From Eledone cirrhosa (lineage: Eukaryota): a stretch of 64,000 nt of DNA. The stretch is taken from NCBI GenBank assembly GCA_964016885.1, contig OZ024747.1, positions 2,418,001 to 2,482,000 on the forward strand, given 5' to 3'. The notes beneath the pieces are model-generated. The model saw only the letters and a program-made list of their open reading frames with translations, ran no database searches and was not told where the DNA came from. This document shows, in pieces, positions 40,307-52,921 of the stretch (the stretch's first letter is position 1; every line of letters starts with the position of its first letter). Both the position numbers and the translations under genes were made by a program.

Positions 40307-40403
40307 GGGGTCCGACGAGCCGCACATTACAGAGTCGGGTAAGATTGATACAGATCAAACCTTGAGCTGATCAGTGGTGAAACACGTGTCACCAACCAAT
40401 AAA
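40307..40403 (+). ncRNA. Variant hammerhead motif (CCGACGA core, long helix II)
   Basis: ggt CCGACGA gccgc-[~50 nt]-gtggt GAAA cacgt GTC acc, then AATAAA at 40398; second copy at 43188. Confidence 0.6.
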
Positions 40404-40545
40404 CATAATGAAGGAGTAACCAATCGTCCTTGTTATCTTTTCACTATAATACACTCTGTCTAGCTCTACACCTCCACACTGAAGTGAACCTAAACATCGA
40501 GTGCTCACCCGGGTGAACCTACAGTAACTCCAAGTTACACTCCCT

Positions 40546-40581
<36 letters not shown>

Positions 40582-40663
40582 GTTATTCCGGGTTGAATTG
40601 GAGGTAACCACAGTAAGTAAGGTACTCAATACATAGCAGAGTATAAAAGTTTTAATATAGATG

Positions 40664-40714
40664 AGATTCTACAGGACTAGAACTGTTTCATTCTTTAGAA
40701 ATCATCAGGAATCT
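40664..40714 (-). ncRNA. Type I hammerhead ribozyme, complete
   Basis: agattc CTGATGA t-ttc-taaa-gaa-t GAAA cag-ttctagtc-ct GTA gaatct: 6-bp helix I, 4-bp helix III, GUA site. Confidence 0.8.
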
Positions 40715-41013
40715 GGGTATCAAAAAATAAATATGGTATTTATAGGTCTCTTCAGGTGGTAGGAGAGGGTAGGGAGTGGGATGGGTAGAGGTCATTGGTT
40801 GATAGAAAAGGGAATTCATTAAAAGCTAATTCTTTAAGGTTCTACTTAGTGACAAAGGCCTAGAGAGTTCTATAGACCAGTTCAAAATATTATCTTCAAA
40901 TTTCTCTTAAACTATATTCCAAAAGTCAACAGACACATTCACACTCACACACACTCACACACACACTCGCGCGCAACCCCCCCCACATACATATATACAT
41001 AAATATATATCAC

Positions 41014-41045
<32 letters not shown>

Positions 41046-41105
41046 ACATATATATATATACATATATATATACACATATACATATATATATATACATACA
41101 CACAT

Positions 41106-41153
<48 letters not shown>

Positions 41154-41439
41154 TACACACATACACACACATATACATACATATACATACATACACACAT
41201 ACACGTATATATACACATACATACACACATATATATATATACACACATATATACATATATACACATATACACGTATGCATATATACATATATACATATAT
41301 ACACACATATACATACATATACATATATACATAATATATTTATATATATATATATATATATATTCACATATATGCATATACATATATATATATACACACA
41401 GACATACACACATACATACATACACATATATATACACAT

Positions 41440-41502
<63 letters not shown>

Positions 41503-41864
41503 TGAGGGGGTAGGTGTGAGTGTATATACAAGTCAACCAACATAAGCCTTTTATTTCTAAATTTTCTAAACTATTTAAGTATTTGACTCTAACCATTATT
41601 TTAAGTATTACCACCCCAGATTAATTCCTCAATTTGTATGTGTGGATGTGTGTGTGTGTCTGTGGAGGTGGGTGTGAGTGTACGTGAAAGCCAACCAACA
41701 TAAGACTTTTTATTTGTAAATTACTAGCATCTACAAACTGACCAATGAGAATTAAGACTATTCCTGCTGACAACATTAAATTATTCCTAACAAGCTCATA
41801 TGTCCCAAGGCTCTGATACCATCAACACCATAAACACAGAGCTGGCATATCTAAGAACTGACTA

Positions 41865-41922
41865 ACTGCCTGATGAGGTCATAGCCATTCAATGGCTATA
41901 ATCGAAATATATATATAGCAGT
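41865..41922 (+). ncRNA. Type I hammerhead ribozyme, complete, with palindromic helix III
   Basis: actgc CTGATGA ggtcatagccat-tca-atggctataatc GAAA tatatata TA gcagt, followed by AATAAA. Confidence 0.85.
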
Positions 41923-42104
41923 AAATAAAGGATAATGAGTTCATGCAATTGACTTATGTTTCATCACTATATATATATATATAATCATCATCGTTTAACG
42001 TCTATCTTCCATGGTAGCATGGGTTAGACGGAAATTTTCCCACTTGAGGCAAAATTGGTCGGGTAACCGTGTCTCGCTCAAATAGGACTATATATATATG
42101 TATA

Positions 42105-42410
42105 TCATCATCATCATCATCGTTTTATGTCCGCTTTTCCCTGCTTGCAAGGGTGGGATGGGAACTGATTCTGGGTTGATTTCTACAGCTGGATGCCCTT
42201 CCTAACACCAACCTCATTTACAGTGAGTGCTGGGTGCTTTTGCAGTGGAATGATGTGGACCCCAGTCCCTATCATCTCATTTCTACAGCTGAGTAAACTG
42301 GAGCAATGTGAAATAGAGTGTCTTGCCCAAGGAAACAACACATCACCTGGTCTGAGAATTGAACTCACAATCTTTAGATTGCAAGGCCAGTGCTCTAACC
42401 ACTAAGCCAT
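42105..42410 (-). mobile_element. SINE family 2, full-length
   Basis: Reverse complement of 57560-57900. Confidence 0.9.
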
Positions 42411-42566
42411 AAGTACTCAATACTTAGAGTAGTAGAGTGGGTAATAGGAATGAGTAGGACCCCGACGGCTGAGCTGAAGCCGTTTCGACGGCTAATTCTG
42501 GACTAATTTAGTCCAGAATTAGCCGTCGAAACAGCTTGAGCTCAGCCGTCGGGGTCCTACTCGTTC
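42411..42566 (-). mobile_element. Fold-back element: 59-bp-arm palindrome (42448-42566, centre 42507) with hammerhead 3' halves
   Basis: The arms read outward as GAAAC-(G/A)GCT-t(c/g)agctc-AGCC-GTC-GGGGTC; same family as 12737. Confidence 0.85.
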
Positions 42567-42603
<37 letters not shown>

Positions 42604-42860
42604 CATATACATATATATATATACACACATACATGGAAGGAAAATTGATAGATAAGATCCCAACCTCATTTTCTTACTAGGTTGGGTGGAACTTGTGAAA
42701 TCAAACAAAAGAAACAATGTTTCCATTGATGATAATATCTACAGGTTGCAGCTCCTGGCAGAGCAACATGAAATAAAGTATCTTGCTTAAGGACATAACC
42801 CATCACCCAATCTGGGAATCAAACTCGCAACCACATGATTGCAGATCCAATTCTCTAACG

Positions 42861-43040
42861 ACCTTCACATACATATTCCATACGTGTACCTTCACATATA
42901 TATTCCATACGTGTACCTTCACATATATATTCCATATGTGTACCTTCACATATATATTCCATATGTGTACCTTCACATATATATTCCATATGTGTACCTT
43001 CACATACATATTCCATATGTGTACCTTCACATATATATTT
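42861..43040. repeat. 27-bp tandem repeat, about 6.5 copies
   Basis: Unit accttcacatatatattccatatgtgt. Confidence 0.95.
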
Positions 43041-43187
43041 AAGGATGACGACTTCATAAAGAAATGCAAAGCAGTGAAATTCAAAGGAACTCACGGGAGG
43101 GGAAGACCTAGGAAAACTTGGTAGGATGTGGTAAAGGCTGATATCATGAAGAGAGAGAGACATATATATATATATATATATATATAT

Positions 43188-43285
43188 GAGGGTCCGTCGA
43201 GCTGCCGATTATTGAGTTGGGTAGGACCGATATAGATCGAATCTTGAGCTGATCAGTGGCGAAACGCGCGTCACCTATCAATAAA
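43188..43285 (+). ncRNA. Variant hammerhead motif, second copy
   Basis: gggt CCGTCGA gctgccgat-[...]-atcagtggc GAAA cgcgc GTC acct, then AATAAA at 43280; embedded in (TA)n. Confidence 0.55.
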
Positions 43286-44197
43286 TGCAATGAAGGCATA
43301 ATCAATCGTCCTTTTTATCCTTTCTATATATATATATATATGCATTATATATATATATATATATTTATGCATTATATATATATATATATAATATATATAT
43401 ATACACACACATATATATATATATGTGTGTGTGTGTGTAAATATATATATAAAATAGATTTCTGCACACTTCCAAATATCATTCACAAGGTGCATATATT
43501 CATATATGTGTATGTGTGTATGTGTGTGTATGTGTGCATGTATATGTGTATGTGTGCATGCACATAGATACTGCAGCTATATTTGCTGGATGAAATGATT
43601 CAATTGTTGTCTCTGAAAGAAACTCTAGCAATAATTTATAATACCAATGCCAACAATTATGGAATAATGTAACGTGATAGGGCTCAAATTATATTTGCAG
43701 TGACTATTATAATTTCATATGAGCAACCTCATGAGAAAACAATACCAGTGTGGGATTTAAACAGATGCAACTACTTTGAGGCAATGAACTGATTAAGTGA
43801 CCCCTGACAATAACTTTTGAATGATGCAATCTAAGAACTTCCCAGAATTTCCCTTATCCTGTATAATATTATTATTGTTGATAGCTTTCGGCTTCTAGTA
43901 ATACACAGTAAGAAGACGAAAGAGGAAATGAGATTTATAAATAGAAAGGAAATATAGGATATAACATCAAAATTGCAGATGTTCAATGGAAAAAATTTTT
44001 AAATAGAAATTTTTAAATCACAAGAGTCAATTTTTGTCCTATATAATTTATTTCACCAACTTTTAGCTTATTAGGCCTTTTATTGTATGATAAAAAATGA
44101 AATTATTATTATTATTATAATTAGGTGTCAATTTTCTTTTTCGTCAATTTTATTTTAATACATTATTTTTAGATAAAGATTTAATTTATTTATTCAG

Positions 44198-44472
44198 GTA
44201 TGAAATCTTGTCCAGAAGAGCAGCTACTGAAGACAGATAGGAAGTCTTTACCATGGGCCATCACGAGACAAAAAGATGTCTCTACCACAAAATTTTCAAA
44301 ACTACCAACTTGTGATAATAAAGCACCTTCTACAGATGTTATTGATCTAAAATCTTTTAGGGTAAGCAATACTACCAGTTCTTCAAAACCATGGAACTTA
44401 CCAAGCAAAAACAGTTTTAGTACATACACTAAGGCATCACCAGTTGTACAACCAAAGATCCTTCATTCTTGA
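44198..44472 (+). CDS. Candidate terminal coding exon of an unknown host gene
   Basis: T-rich acceptor (tttattcag), about 91 codons of non-repetitive S/T/K-rich sequence to TGA, followed by unique sequence; no recognisable domain. Confidence 0.35.
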
Positions 44473-44974
44473 CATTTTTTATCAAACAAAATTCCCTCCC
44501 GTGTTCATTTATGTCTTGGTGTCATAATGACAATCAGAAACTGGTGACGACATCCAAGCTGCATTACTAGAAAATTTACCAAAGATGGCACAAAAACAAA
44601 CTAACATAAAATGAATTAGTGCAGAATATTCTTAATACCTTTGCCCAACATGTTTGTCTTTTGTCATTCTAGGAATGAAGTAACAATAGATTGTGAGCAA
44701 TTGTAAAACTACTCTCACTGCACTGGTGCTAAATGGGTTGTGCATTGCATTGATAATATAGAATAATGGTTTACCACATTCATACAAAGTCATTCTTTTT
44801 TTTTAATATAAAAAGGTTATAGTTGATTATTATACACCAGTATATTACTGCTATTTATTTCATTAAACATGGAAGGCTGGAAAATGAAGTCAGTCCAGAG
44901 AGACAAAACTTATAAAACTATTATAATGCATTTATTCTGGAATTCTATCATTTAAGCAAATTTAGTTCCAGTAC

Positions 44975-45550
44975 TTTAGGCTTTGAGTTCAAATCCTGCT
45001 GAGGTCAAATTAGTCATTCATCATTTTGGGCTCAATAAAATACAGTACCAGTAATGCACTTGGGTTGATTTAATCAACTTTCTCCTTCTCTTCAAGTTGC
45101 TAGCTTTGTACCAAAAGTAGAAACAATTATTGTTATTACTATTAGCATTGTACAACATGCTTCACAGCATAGAGTTACATCTCTTTACAGTCTGAATTCA
45201 AATCTTGCTGAGGTTAGCTTTGCCTTTCATCCTTACGGGGCCAATAAAATAAAGTACCAGTAATGCAGTGGGGTAGATTTAAACAACTTTCCACCCACCA
45301 AATATTGTTGGCCTTGTGCCCAATTCAGAAACCATTGTTATTATTATTATATAATAAGTATGGTGGATTATCCAGAATGTTAGAGCATTGAACAAATATG
45401 CTTTGTGGTATTTGTTTTAGATCTTTACATACAGAACTCAAATCCTACAGAGCTCAAATCCAGCTGAGCTCAACTTTGCCTTTCATCTTTCCATGGTTGA
45501 TAAATTTAGTGCCAGTTAAGTACTGTGGTTAATTTAATCAACTTTTTCCC
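44975..45550 (+). mobile_element. Three tandem SINE family 1 copies
   Basis: Three successive B box/core/tail units separated by (TTA)n. Confidence 0.85.
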
Positions 45551-46711
45551 TACCATCATAGAATATCAAAAATGGTTGGAATTTGCAGAATAAATACATT
45601 GTAACATTTTAGTTTTGTAAGAAGAGACAGGTGTTTATTGTGACATAATACTTGTAAAGACATTGGCAGATTAGCCACAGGCATGTTCCATATGACAGCA
45701 AAACTTGAATCTGTAAATACTGTTAAGTCATCATTCTCACACAAAGGTGTTAACCTTAAATGTTTTGATGCATGTTTTCCAAGATGTATGTAATTCCTTT
45801 TGAAATAAATAAATAAAACAAACTTGTCATGTGTTTCTCAAACTTTGAATAATAATAATAATTATTGCCTTGTGCCAAATATAGAAACAATAATAATTAT
45901 TATTGTTTCTATATTTGGCACAAGGCCAGCAATTTGAAGGGAAGGGAAAAGTCGACGAAATCAACTGGTACTTTATTTTATCGAATTGTTGGCCTTGTGC
46001 CTAAATCAGAAATGATTATTATAAGATTGTTGAAAGGTGGATGAGGGTGGTGAAGATGGTCTGAGTGGGCCTCCACTGAGTATGTGCCTGTAGATTGTCC
46101 GAAGAGAACTAGGAAGGGGCATTACTCTGTCAGTCAGAATGGTTTTTTGTAAGTTTTCTACATGAGTGGAATTTTTTACATGTGTGTTGTTTTATATGCA
46201 AACCTCACATTGTACCATCTTGTGACATCCTGTGACATCTTGTCACATTCTGTCACATCCTGTGCTGTCTTGAATGTTTTCTTGATGTAAGCCTTGTCTG
46301 GCTAATAAAAAATCTCATCATCCTTATTAATATTATTATCATTATTACTATAAAGGTGAGTTTTATTCTGTGAGAATAATGTGGTCATTTTACGAAGATA
46401 AAAAATAACTGATAACATGGAACTTAGAGACAATGTTCTCTCAAAAGGTTGGCACTAAACAGGCAGGCCTCTCTCTGGATATCAGCAAAAATTAAAGAGA
46501 AAGTTGGACAAAAATCGATGACTATAATGAAGTGTTATATACAGTTTACACAGCAGCAGTGTAGCCAAAACACACGAGTACCAGAAAAGAGACATTGGAA
46601 CTATGGAGGAAAAGAAACCAAGACATAAGGAAGACATTTAAGAACAACTACACTAGGAAATGTGTAAAGAATTATTGGAGAGGTTAAAGTCTCCAGAATT
46701 GAAACAGAGAA

Positions 46712-46830
46712 ATAGAATGAAACAGATCTAGTCCTGTAGGAGTCATTTCTATATAATAACTATGTTTATTGACTAGTAACGGATTGAGTACCTTATTTAA
46801 CTGTGGTTATTTCCTGATCCCTGCCAGTCT
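46712..46830 (+). mobile_element. Hammerhead 3' half plus tail (family of 40664)
   Basis: gaat GAAACAG-atctagtc-CTGTA-ggagtcatttcta ... attgagtaccttattt..tgtggtta. Confidence 0.6.
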
Positions 46831-47035
46831 ACCATCATTAATTATAGGCAGTATCGGTAGAGAGTCAGATGCCATGCTTTCCAGCATAGTTATGTCCCTT
46901 TACGGTCTGATTTCAAATCCCGCCGAGGTTAACTTTGCCTTTCATCTTTACGGGGTCGATAAAATAAAGTACCAGTAATGTACTGGGTAATTTGCTGGCC
47001 TTGTGCCAAAAGTAGAAACAATTAATTATATATGA

Positions 47036-47347
47036 GTTTATTGTAATGTTTACTGTTAGTGTTAGGTATGTGTTTATTGTAATGTTTACTGTTAGGTATG
47101 TGTTTATTGTAATGTTTACTGTTAGGTATGTGTTTATTGTAATGTTTACTGTTAGGTATGTGTTTATTGTAATGTTTACTGTTAGGTATGTGTTTATTGT
47201 AATGTTTACTGTTAGGTATGTGTTTATTGTAATGTTTACTGTTAGGTATGTGTTTATTGTAATGTTTACTGTTAGGTATGTGTTTATTGTAATGTTTACT
47301 GTTAGGTATGTGTTTATTGTAATGTTTACTGTTAGGTATGTGTTTAT
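47036..47347. repeat. 30-bp minisatellite
   Basis: Unit gtttattgtaatgtttactgttaggtatgt. Confidence 0.96.
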
Positions 47348-47849
47348 ATATATATATATGTGTGTGTGGATGTGTGAAAAAACTACATTAGATATTTTAG
47401 ATACAAGGAATTAAATTTTCTCCAAAGTGGTTCGTTTAAAAATTAGGTCACATGAATATTCCTAGGAGAATATTGGTTCTGTTTCTGGTATGATGATGAT
47501 GATGATGATAGTGGTGATGATAGTGATGATGATGGTGATAGTGTTGGTGGTGGTGATGGTGGCAGTGGTCGTGATAATGACGATGTTGATGATGAAGTTC
47601 ATGATGACACGATGACAGTGATGATGGTGATGATGGTGGTGATGATGGTGATGATGATGATGGCAGGGATGATGATGATGATGATAGTGTTGGTGTTGGT
47701 GATGATGACATCATGACAGTGATGAAGACAATGGTGATGGTGACACTACGACAGTGATGATGACATAATTTCACAATGTCTGTCATTTGTCAGTTTTCTT
47801 ATTTTCAGCAATCTGTTATATTTGCTTTAAATTATTGCCCAGCAAAGAC

Positions 47850-47920
<71 letters not shown>

Positions 47921-47975
47921 GGAGTGAAAGTGGGAAAGAGTGTGTTTGTAGTTTGTAGTTCTCTCTCTCTCTGTT

Positions 47976-48055
<80 letters not shown>

Positions 48056-48169
48056 CTTATTCTTGCTTTGATTATTTCTATCTTTTCTTTGTATGTTGTT
48101 CCACTCCATGTTTGTTTATATACATACATAACATTTATACATTTATATATATATATGTAACGATGATGA

Positions 48170-48224
<55 letters not shown>

Positions 48225-48243
48225 ATATATATATATATATATG

Positions 48244-48277
<34 letters not shown>

Positions 48278-48344
48278 ACATATATATATATACATATACA
48301 TACACACACACACATATATATATACATATACATATATATATGTA

Positions 48345-48379
<35 letters not shown>

Positions 48380-48667
48380 GTTAGTGTGTGTGAGTGTGTG
48401 TGTTTTCTCTAATGTAAACTAGATATTTCTTACCAACCAAGTAGAAGTGTTTGTTTCTTTAACAGTTCATTGAAATAGAATGTCTTGTGAGAGTGAAGAC
48501 AATTATTTTCCTGTAACTATCCAGGGTTGAGATTTATGTGGAAAGTGTGGATTAGGGTTATATTTAGTTATGTTTATCGTTAATGTTAGTGTAGCAGTTA
48601 TTTTCAGGGTTAGCTTTATATGTCGGGTCAGTTTTATGTTTAGGGTGAGGTTATACTTAGGGCTATG

Positions 48668-49535
48668 GTAATGTTTACAGTTAGGTATGTGTTTATTGTA
48701 ATGTTTAGTATTAGTGTTAAATATGTGTTTATTGTAATGTTTACTGTTAGGTATGTGTTTATGGTAATGCTTACTGTTAGTATGTGTTTATGGTAATGTT
48801 TACTGTTAGGTATGTGTTTATGGTAATATTTACTGTTACTGTTAGGTACGTGTTTATTGTAATTTTTACTGTTAGTGTTAGGTATGTGTTTATTGTAATG
48901 TTTACTGTTAGTGTTAGGTATGTGTTTATTGTAATGTTTAATGTTAGTGTTAGGTACGTGTTTATTGTAATGTTTACTGTTATTGTTAGGTACGTGTTTA
49001 TGTAATGTTTACTGTTAGTGTTAGGTACGTGTTTATGTAATGTTTACTGTTAGTGTTAGGTACGTGTTTATTGTAATGTTTACTGTTAGTGTTAGGTACG
49101 TGTTTATTGTAATGTTTACTGTTAGTGTTAGGTATGTGTTTATTATAATGTTTACTGTTAGTGTTAGGTATGTGTTTATTGTAATGTTTACTGTTAGTGT
49201 TAGGTATGTGTTTATTGTAATGTTTACTGTTAGTGTTAGGTATGTGTTTATTGTAATGTTTACTGTTATTGTTAGGTATGTGTTTATTGTAATGTTTACT
49301 GTTAGTGTTAGGTATGTGTTTATTGTAATGTTTACTGTTAGTGTTAGGAATGTGTTTATTATAATGTTTACTGTTAGTGTTAGGTATGTGTTTATTATAA
49401 TGTTTACTGTTAGTGTTAGGTATGTGTTTATTGTAATGTTTACTGTTAGGTATGTGTTTATGGTAATGTTTACTGTTAGGTATGTGTTTATGGTAATATT
49501 TACTGTTAGGTATGTGTTTATTGTAATGTTTAGTA
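48668..49535. repeat. 36/30-bp minisatellite, same family as 47036-47347
   Basis: Same unit with an optional gttagt hexamer. Confidence 0.96.
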
Positions 49536-51294
49536 TTAAGGTTATGGTAAGATTTATAGTTAGAGTCATTTCATGTTTAGAGTGAGGTTTAACGTTAAAT
49601 AGTATTTTGTAAAAATAAGAATGAAAAAACATCTGAATGTTATGTTTTAATAATAATATTCATATAATTGAAACTGAAATAAATGTTATATCATGAAGGG
49701 GAGATGAGGAGCTTTTTTATATGTTGCAGAATATCACCTCCTCCCTCATCATCATCATTATCGTCACCATCACCACCACCACTACCACCAACACCACCAC
49801 CATCAATCCCACTACTACTACTACTACTACTACTACAAGAAACATCTTGATAACAATAATCATGCATTACAACAACAATAACAGCTAAAATACCACAGTA
49901 TATGTGATGATGATGATGATGATCATCATCAGCAGCAACAACAACAGTAACAACAATAGCAACAACAGTAACTGCAATGCCAATAACAACAATAACAACA
50001 ATAACAACAACAATAACAGTACAACACAGCAGGATGAAAAGGAATGTTCTTATTGCATGAACCCAATCAACTGATTTGAAATGGTCAGTTTGGAAAAGTT
50101 CTTGAAGAAAGCATTCCACCATAAACTCTAACCCCCCCCCCCCACCACTCCACCATAAACTCTAACCCCCCACACCACCACCACCACCACCCACCACCAT
50201 TCCACCCCACCTCCACCACCATTCCACCATTAACTCTGCCCTCCCACCATTCCATCCATCTAACCATTGATAGAGACCAAAACACAGCATTATATAAGTT
50301 CTTTTCTCAGTAAGATTAAAGATGGACACCCTTCCCCTTAATATTGAAACTTTCTACAAACAATGAGAAGTTAAAAGTTGCAAATCAGATTTTGTGTGAG
50401 AGTTAAGATAATTAAAAGAAGTAAAAGACCTCTATTGGTTTCAACAATCAATATTCCAGCTGTTCAATCAATATTATGGTTTACTCATTGAATGAATGTG
50501 TAAAGGAGTAAGTATTCTATAAGCATGTTTACCCTTAATATAATTGATAGGGAGATAGGTTGGTGTAAATGAGGTTGGTGTTAGGAAGGGCATCCAGCTG
50601 TAGAAATCAAGCCAGAATCAGTTCCTGTATGAGCAAGACAAGGTCAGCTGACTGGACACTGCCCACAACAGGACAACATGTCTAACCCATGCTAGCGTAG
50701 AAGAACGGACGTAAAACGGTAATGATGATGATGATGATGGTAGAAAGGGCATCTAGCTATAGAAAGCTTGTTAAACAAAGTGTTGGCAGGACTTTTCAGT
50801 GGTGTTAAAGATATGGTGGCCTCCCTAGTGCTGGTGATCTACATGATAAATACACCCTGTATACACTGTAAATTGGTTGGTGATAGGAAGACAATCCAGC
50901 CATAGAAAGCTTGCCAAACAAGGGGTTAAGAGGCCCTTCAGTTGTGTCAATGACATGATAACCTCTTCTGTGCACTTGATAGAATGTGAGACTGTATGTA
51001 AACAAAATAACTGATCACTAGCCTGTCTAGGTAGTCAGTAATCCTGCTTCAGTACTGGCTTAGTCTATGTAGACCTGTCTACCCTTGTTAGCTAGAAAAG
51101 CAGATGTTAAAATGATGACGATGAGGATGATGGTTCAATGTGACACAGTGTGTGACAAGGCATACATCATCATCATCATCGTCATTTTACATTCACTTTT
51201 CCCTGCTTGCAAGGGTGACACGGGTCCTGTTCAGCACTGCATCTCTCCACTTGTCACAATAAATTTTTATGAAATATCAGTAAAAACACCTTAC

Positions 51295-51374
51295 CTTGCA
51301 AACCCTGAGAATCTCTTCACAAAGTGCAAGGGTTCTTCAGCAGTGTTTGAAAGGAAGTTTGTATAGTTCTGCAT
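51295..51374 (-). CDS. Weak candidate first coding exon
   Basis: ATG..MQNYTNFLSNTAEEPLHFVKRFSGFA followed by a consensus donor AAG|GTAAGG, in non-repetitive DNA. Confidence 0.2.
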
Positions 51375-52237
51375 GTTATCCCAACTGATTGTGAAGATTT
51401 GATAATGCTACTCAGAACTTATATCTATATCAACCTTGCCACCATTAGAAGATTATGGATTGGGAATTTTCTATAATTTCTTTCTCAATAGTCATTTCTC
51501 TTTTCTCAGTAATCTACCAAAAATGCACACAATCAAAAAATGTTTCCTCTTAACAATTCTATAAAGATATACTTGGCAGATATGACTAGAATTTACAGGA
51601 AAGATCATCTACTTCCTATGACTTGTCTCATAATCTCTTCTGCTTCAACTTCTGAAATAGATTTTTCATCAGATGAGATGTAAAATGTAGGCCTCATTCA
51701 AAACTGCTCCTTAGAAATAATTGTTTCTACTTTTGGCACAAGGCCAGCACATACCCAGTACATTACTGGTATTTTATTTTATCGACCCCGTAAGGATGAA
51801 AGGCAGAGTTAACCTTGGCGGAATTTGAACTCAGTCTATAAAGGGACGTAACTCTATGTCGGAAAGCATGGCGTCTGACCCTCTACTGATACTGCCAATC
51901 CAGAAATAGTGGAACAGAACAAAAGAACTACAAGTGGAAGCTATTAAATGCTGCCCACCAAAATATAACATTATGTCAACTTGTCCCTCCCCCACTCCTC
52001 TGATCTCTCCACTTTACTATATTGTTTAATATTCAGCACATTATTTCATATAACACCACAATCTTGCTAGACACGTATGTATTAGTCTACATGACCATTG
52101 CTTTATAGAAATTGAGATCCTTAGGGTGATTGAAAATTTGTACAAATGTCATTCTAGTGACTACATTAGAATTATAGAAATATGTCTAATTAACTCAGAA
52201 ACCATATTATTATTATTATTATTACTATTATTATTAT

Positions 52238-52920
52238 TGGTTGATTGCTAGTATCGGTAGAGGGTCGGACACCATGCATTCCAACATAATTACGTCCCTT
52301 TATGATCTGAGTTCAAATGCTGCCAAGGTTATTTGCCTTTCATCCTTACAGGGTCGATAAAATAAAGTACCAGTAATACACTGGGATAGTTGCTGGCCTT
52401 GTGCCAAAAGTAGAAACAATTATTATTATTATTATTAGGTCGGTGGTTTCGCAGTATTGGTAGAGAGCCAGACACCATGCTTTGTAGCTTAGAAGTTATG
52501 GCCCTTTACGCTCTGAGTTCAAATCCCGCTGAGGTTAACTGTGCCTTTCATCCTTACAGGGTTGATAAAATAAAGTACCAGTCACGCACTGGGGTTGATT
52601 TAATCGACTTTCCCCTCCCCAAAATTACTGGCCTTGTGCCTATACCAGTAATGCACTGAGCAATTGCTGGCCTTGTGCCAAAAGTAGAAATTATTATTAT
52701 TATTATCAGTGTGGCAGTAGTAGAGCATAAGACAACACGCTTTGTGACACAGAGTTATGGCCCTTTATGTTCTGAATTCAAATCCCACTGAGGTTAGCTT
52801 TTCCTTTTATCCTTACAGGCTCAATAAAATAAAGTACCAGTAATGCACTGGGGGCAATTTAATAAACTTCCCCTTACCCCACTAAAATAGTTGGCCTTGT
52901 GTCTTTATAAGAAACCATTA
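52238..52920 (+). mobile_element. Three tandem SINE family 1 copies
   Basis: Each copy is inserted in or after the (TTA)n tail of the previous one. Confidence 0.88.
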
Positions 52921-52921
52921 A

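Noticed and set aside
43889-43925. TTTCG...CGAAA hairpin resembling the fold-back elements
   Set aside because: Symmetry does not extend beyond about 11 bp and there is no convincing helix III.
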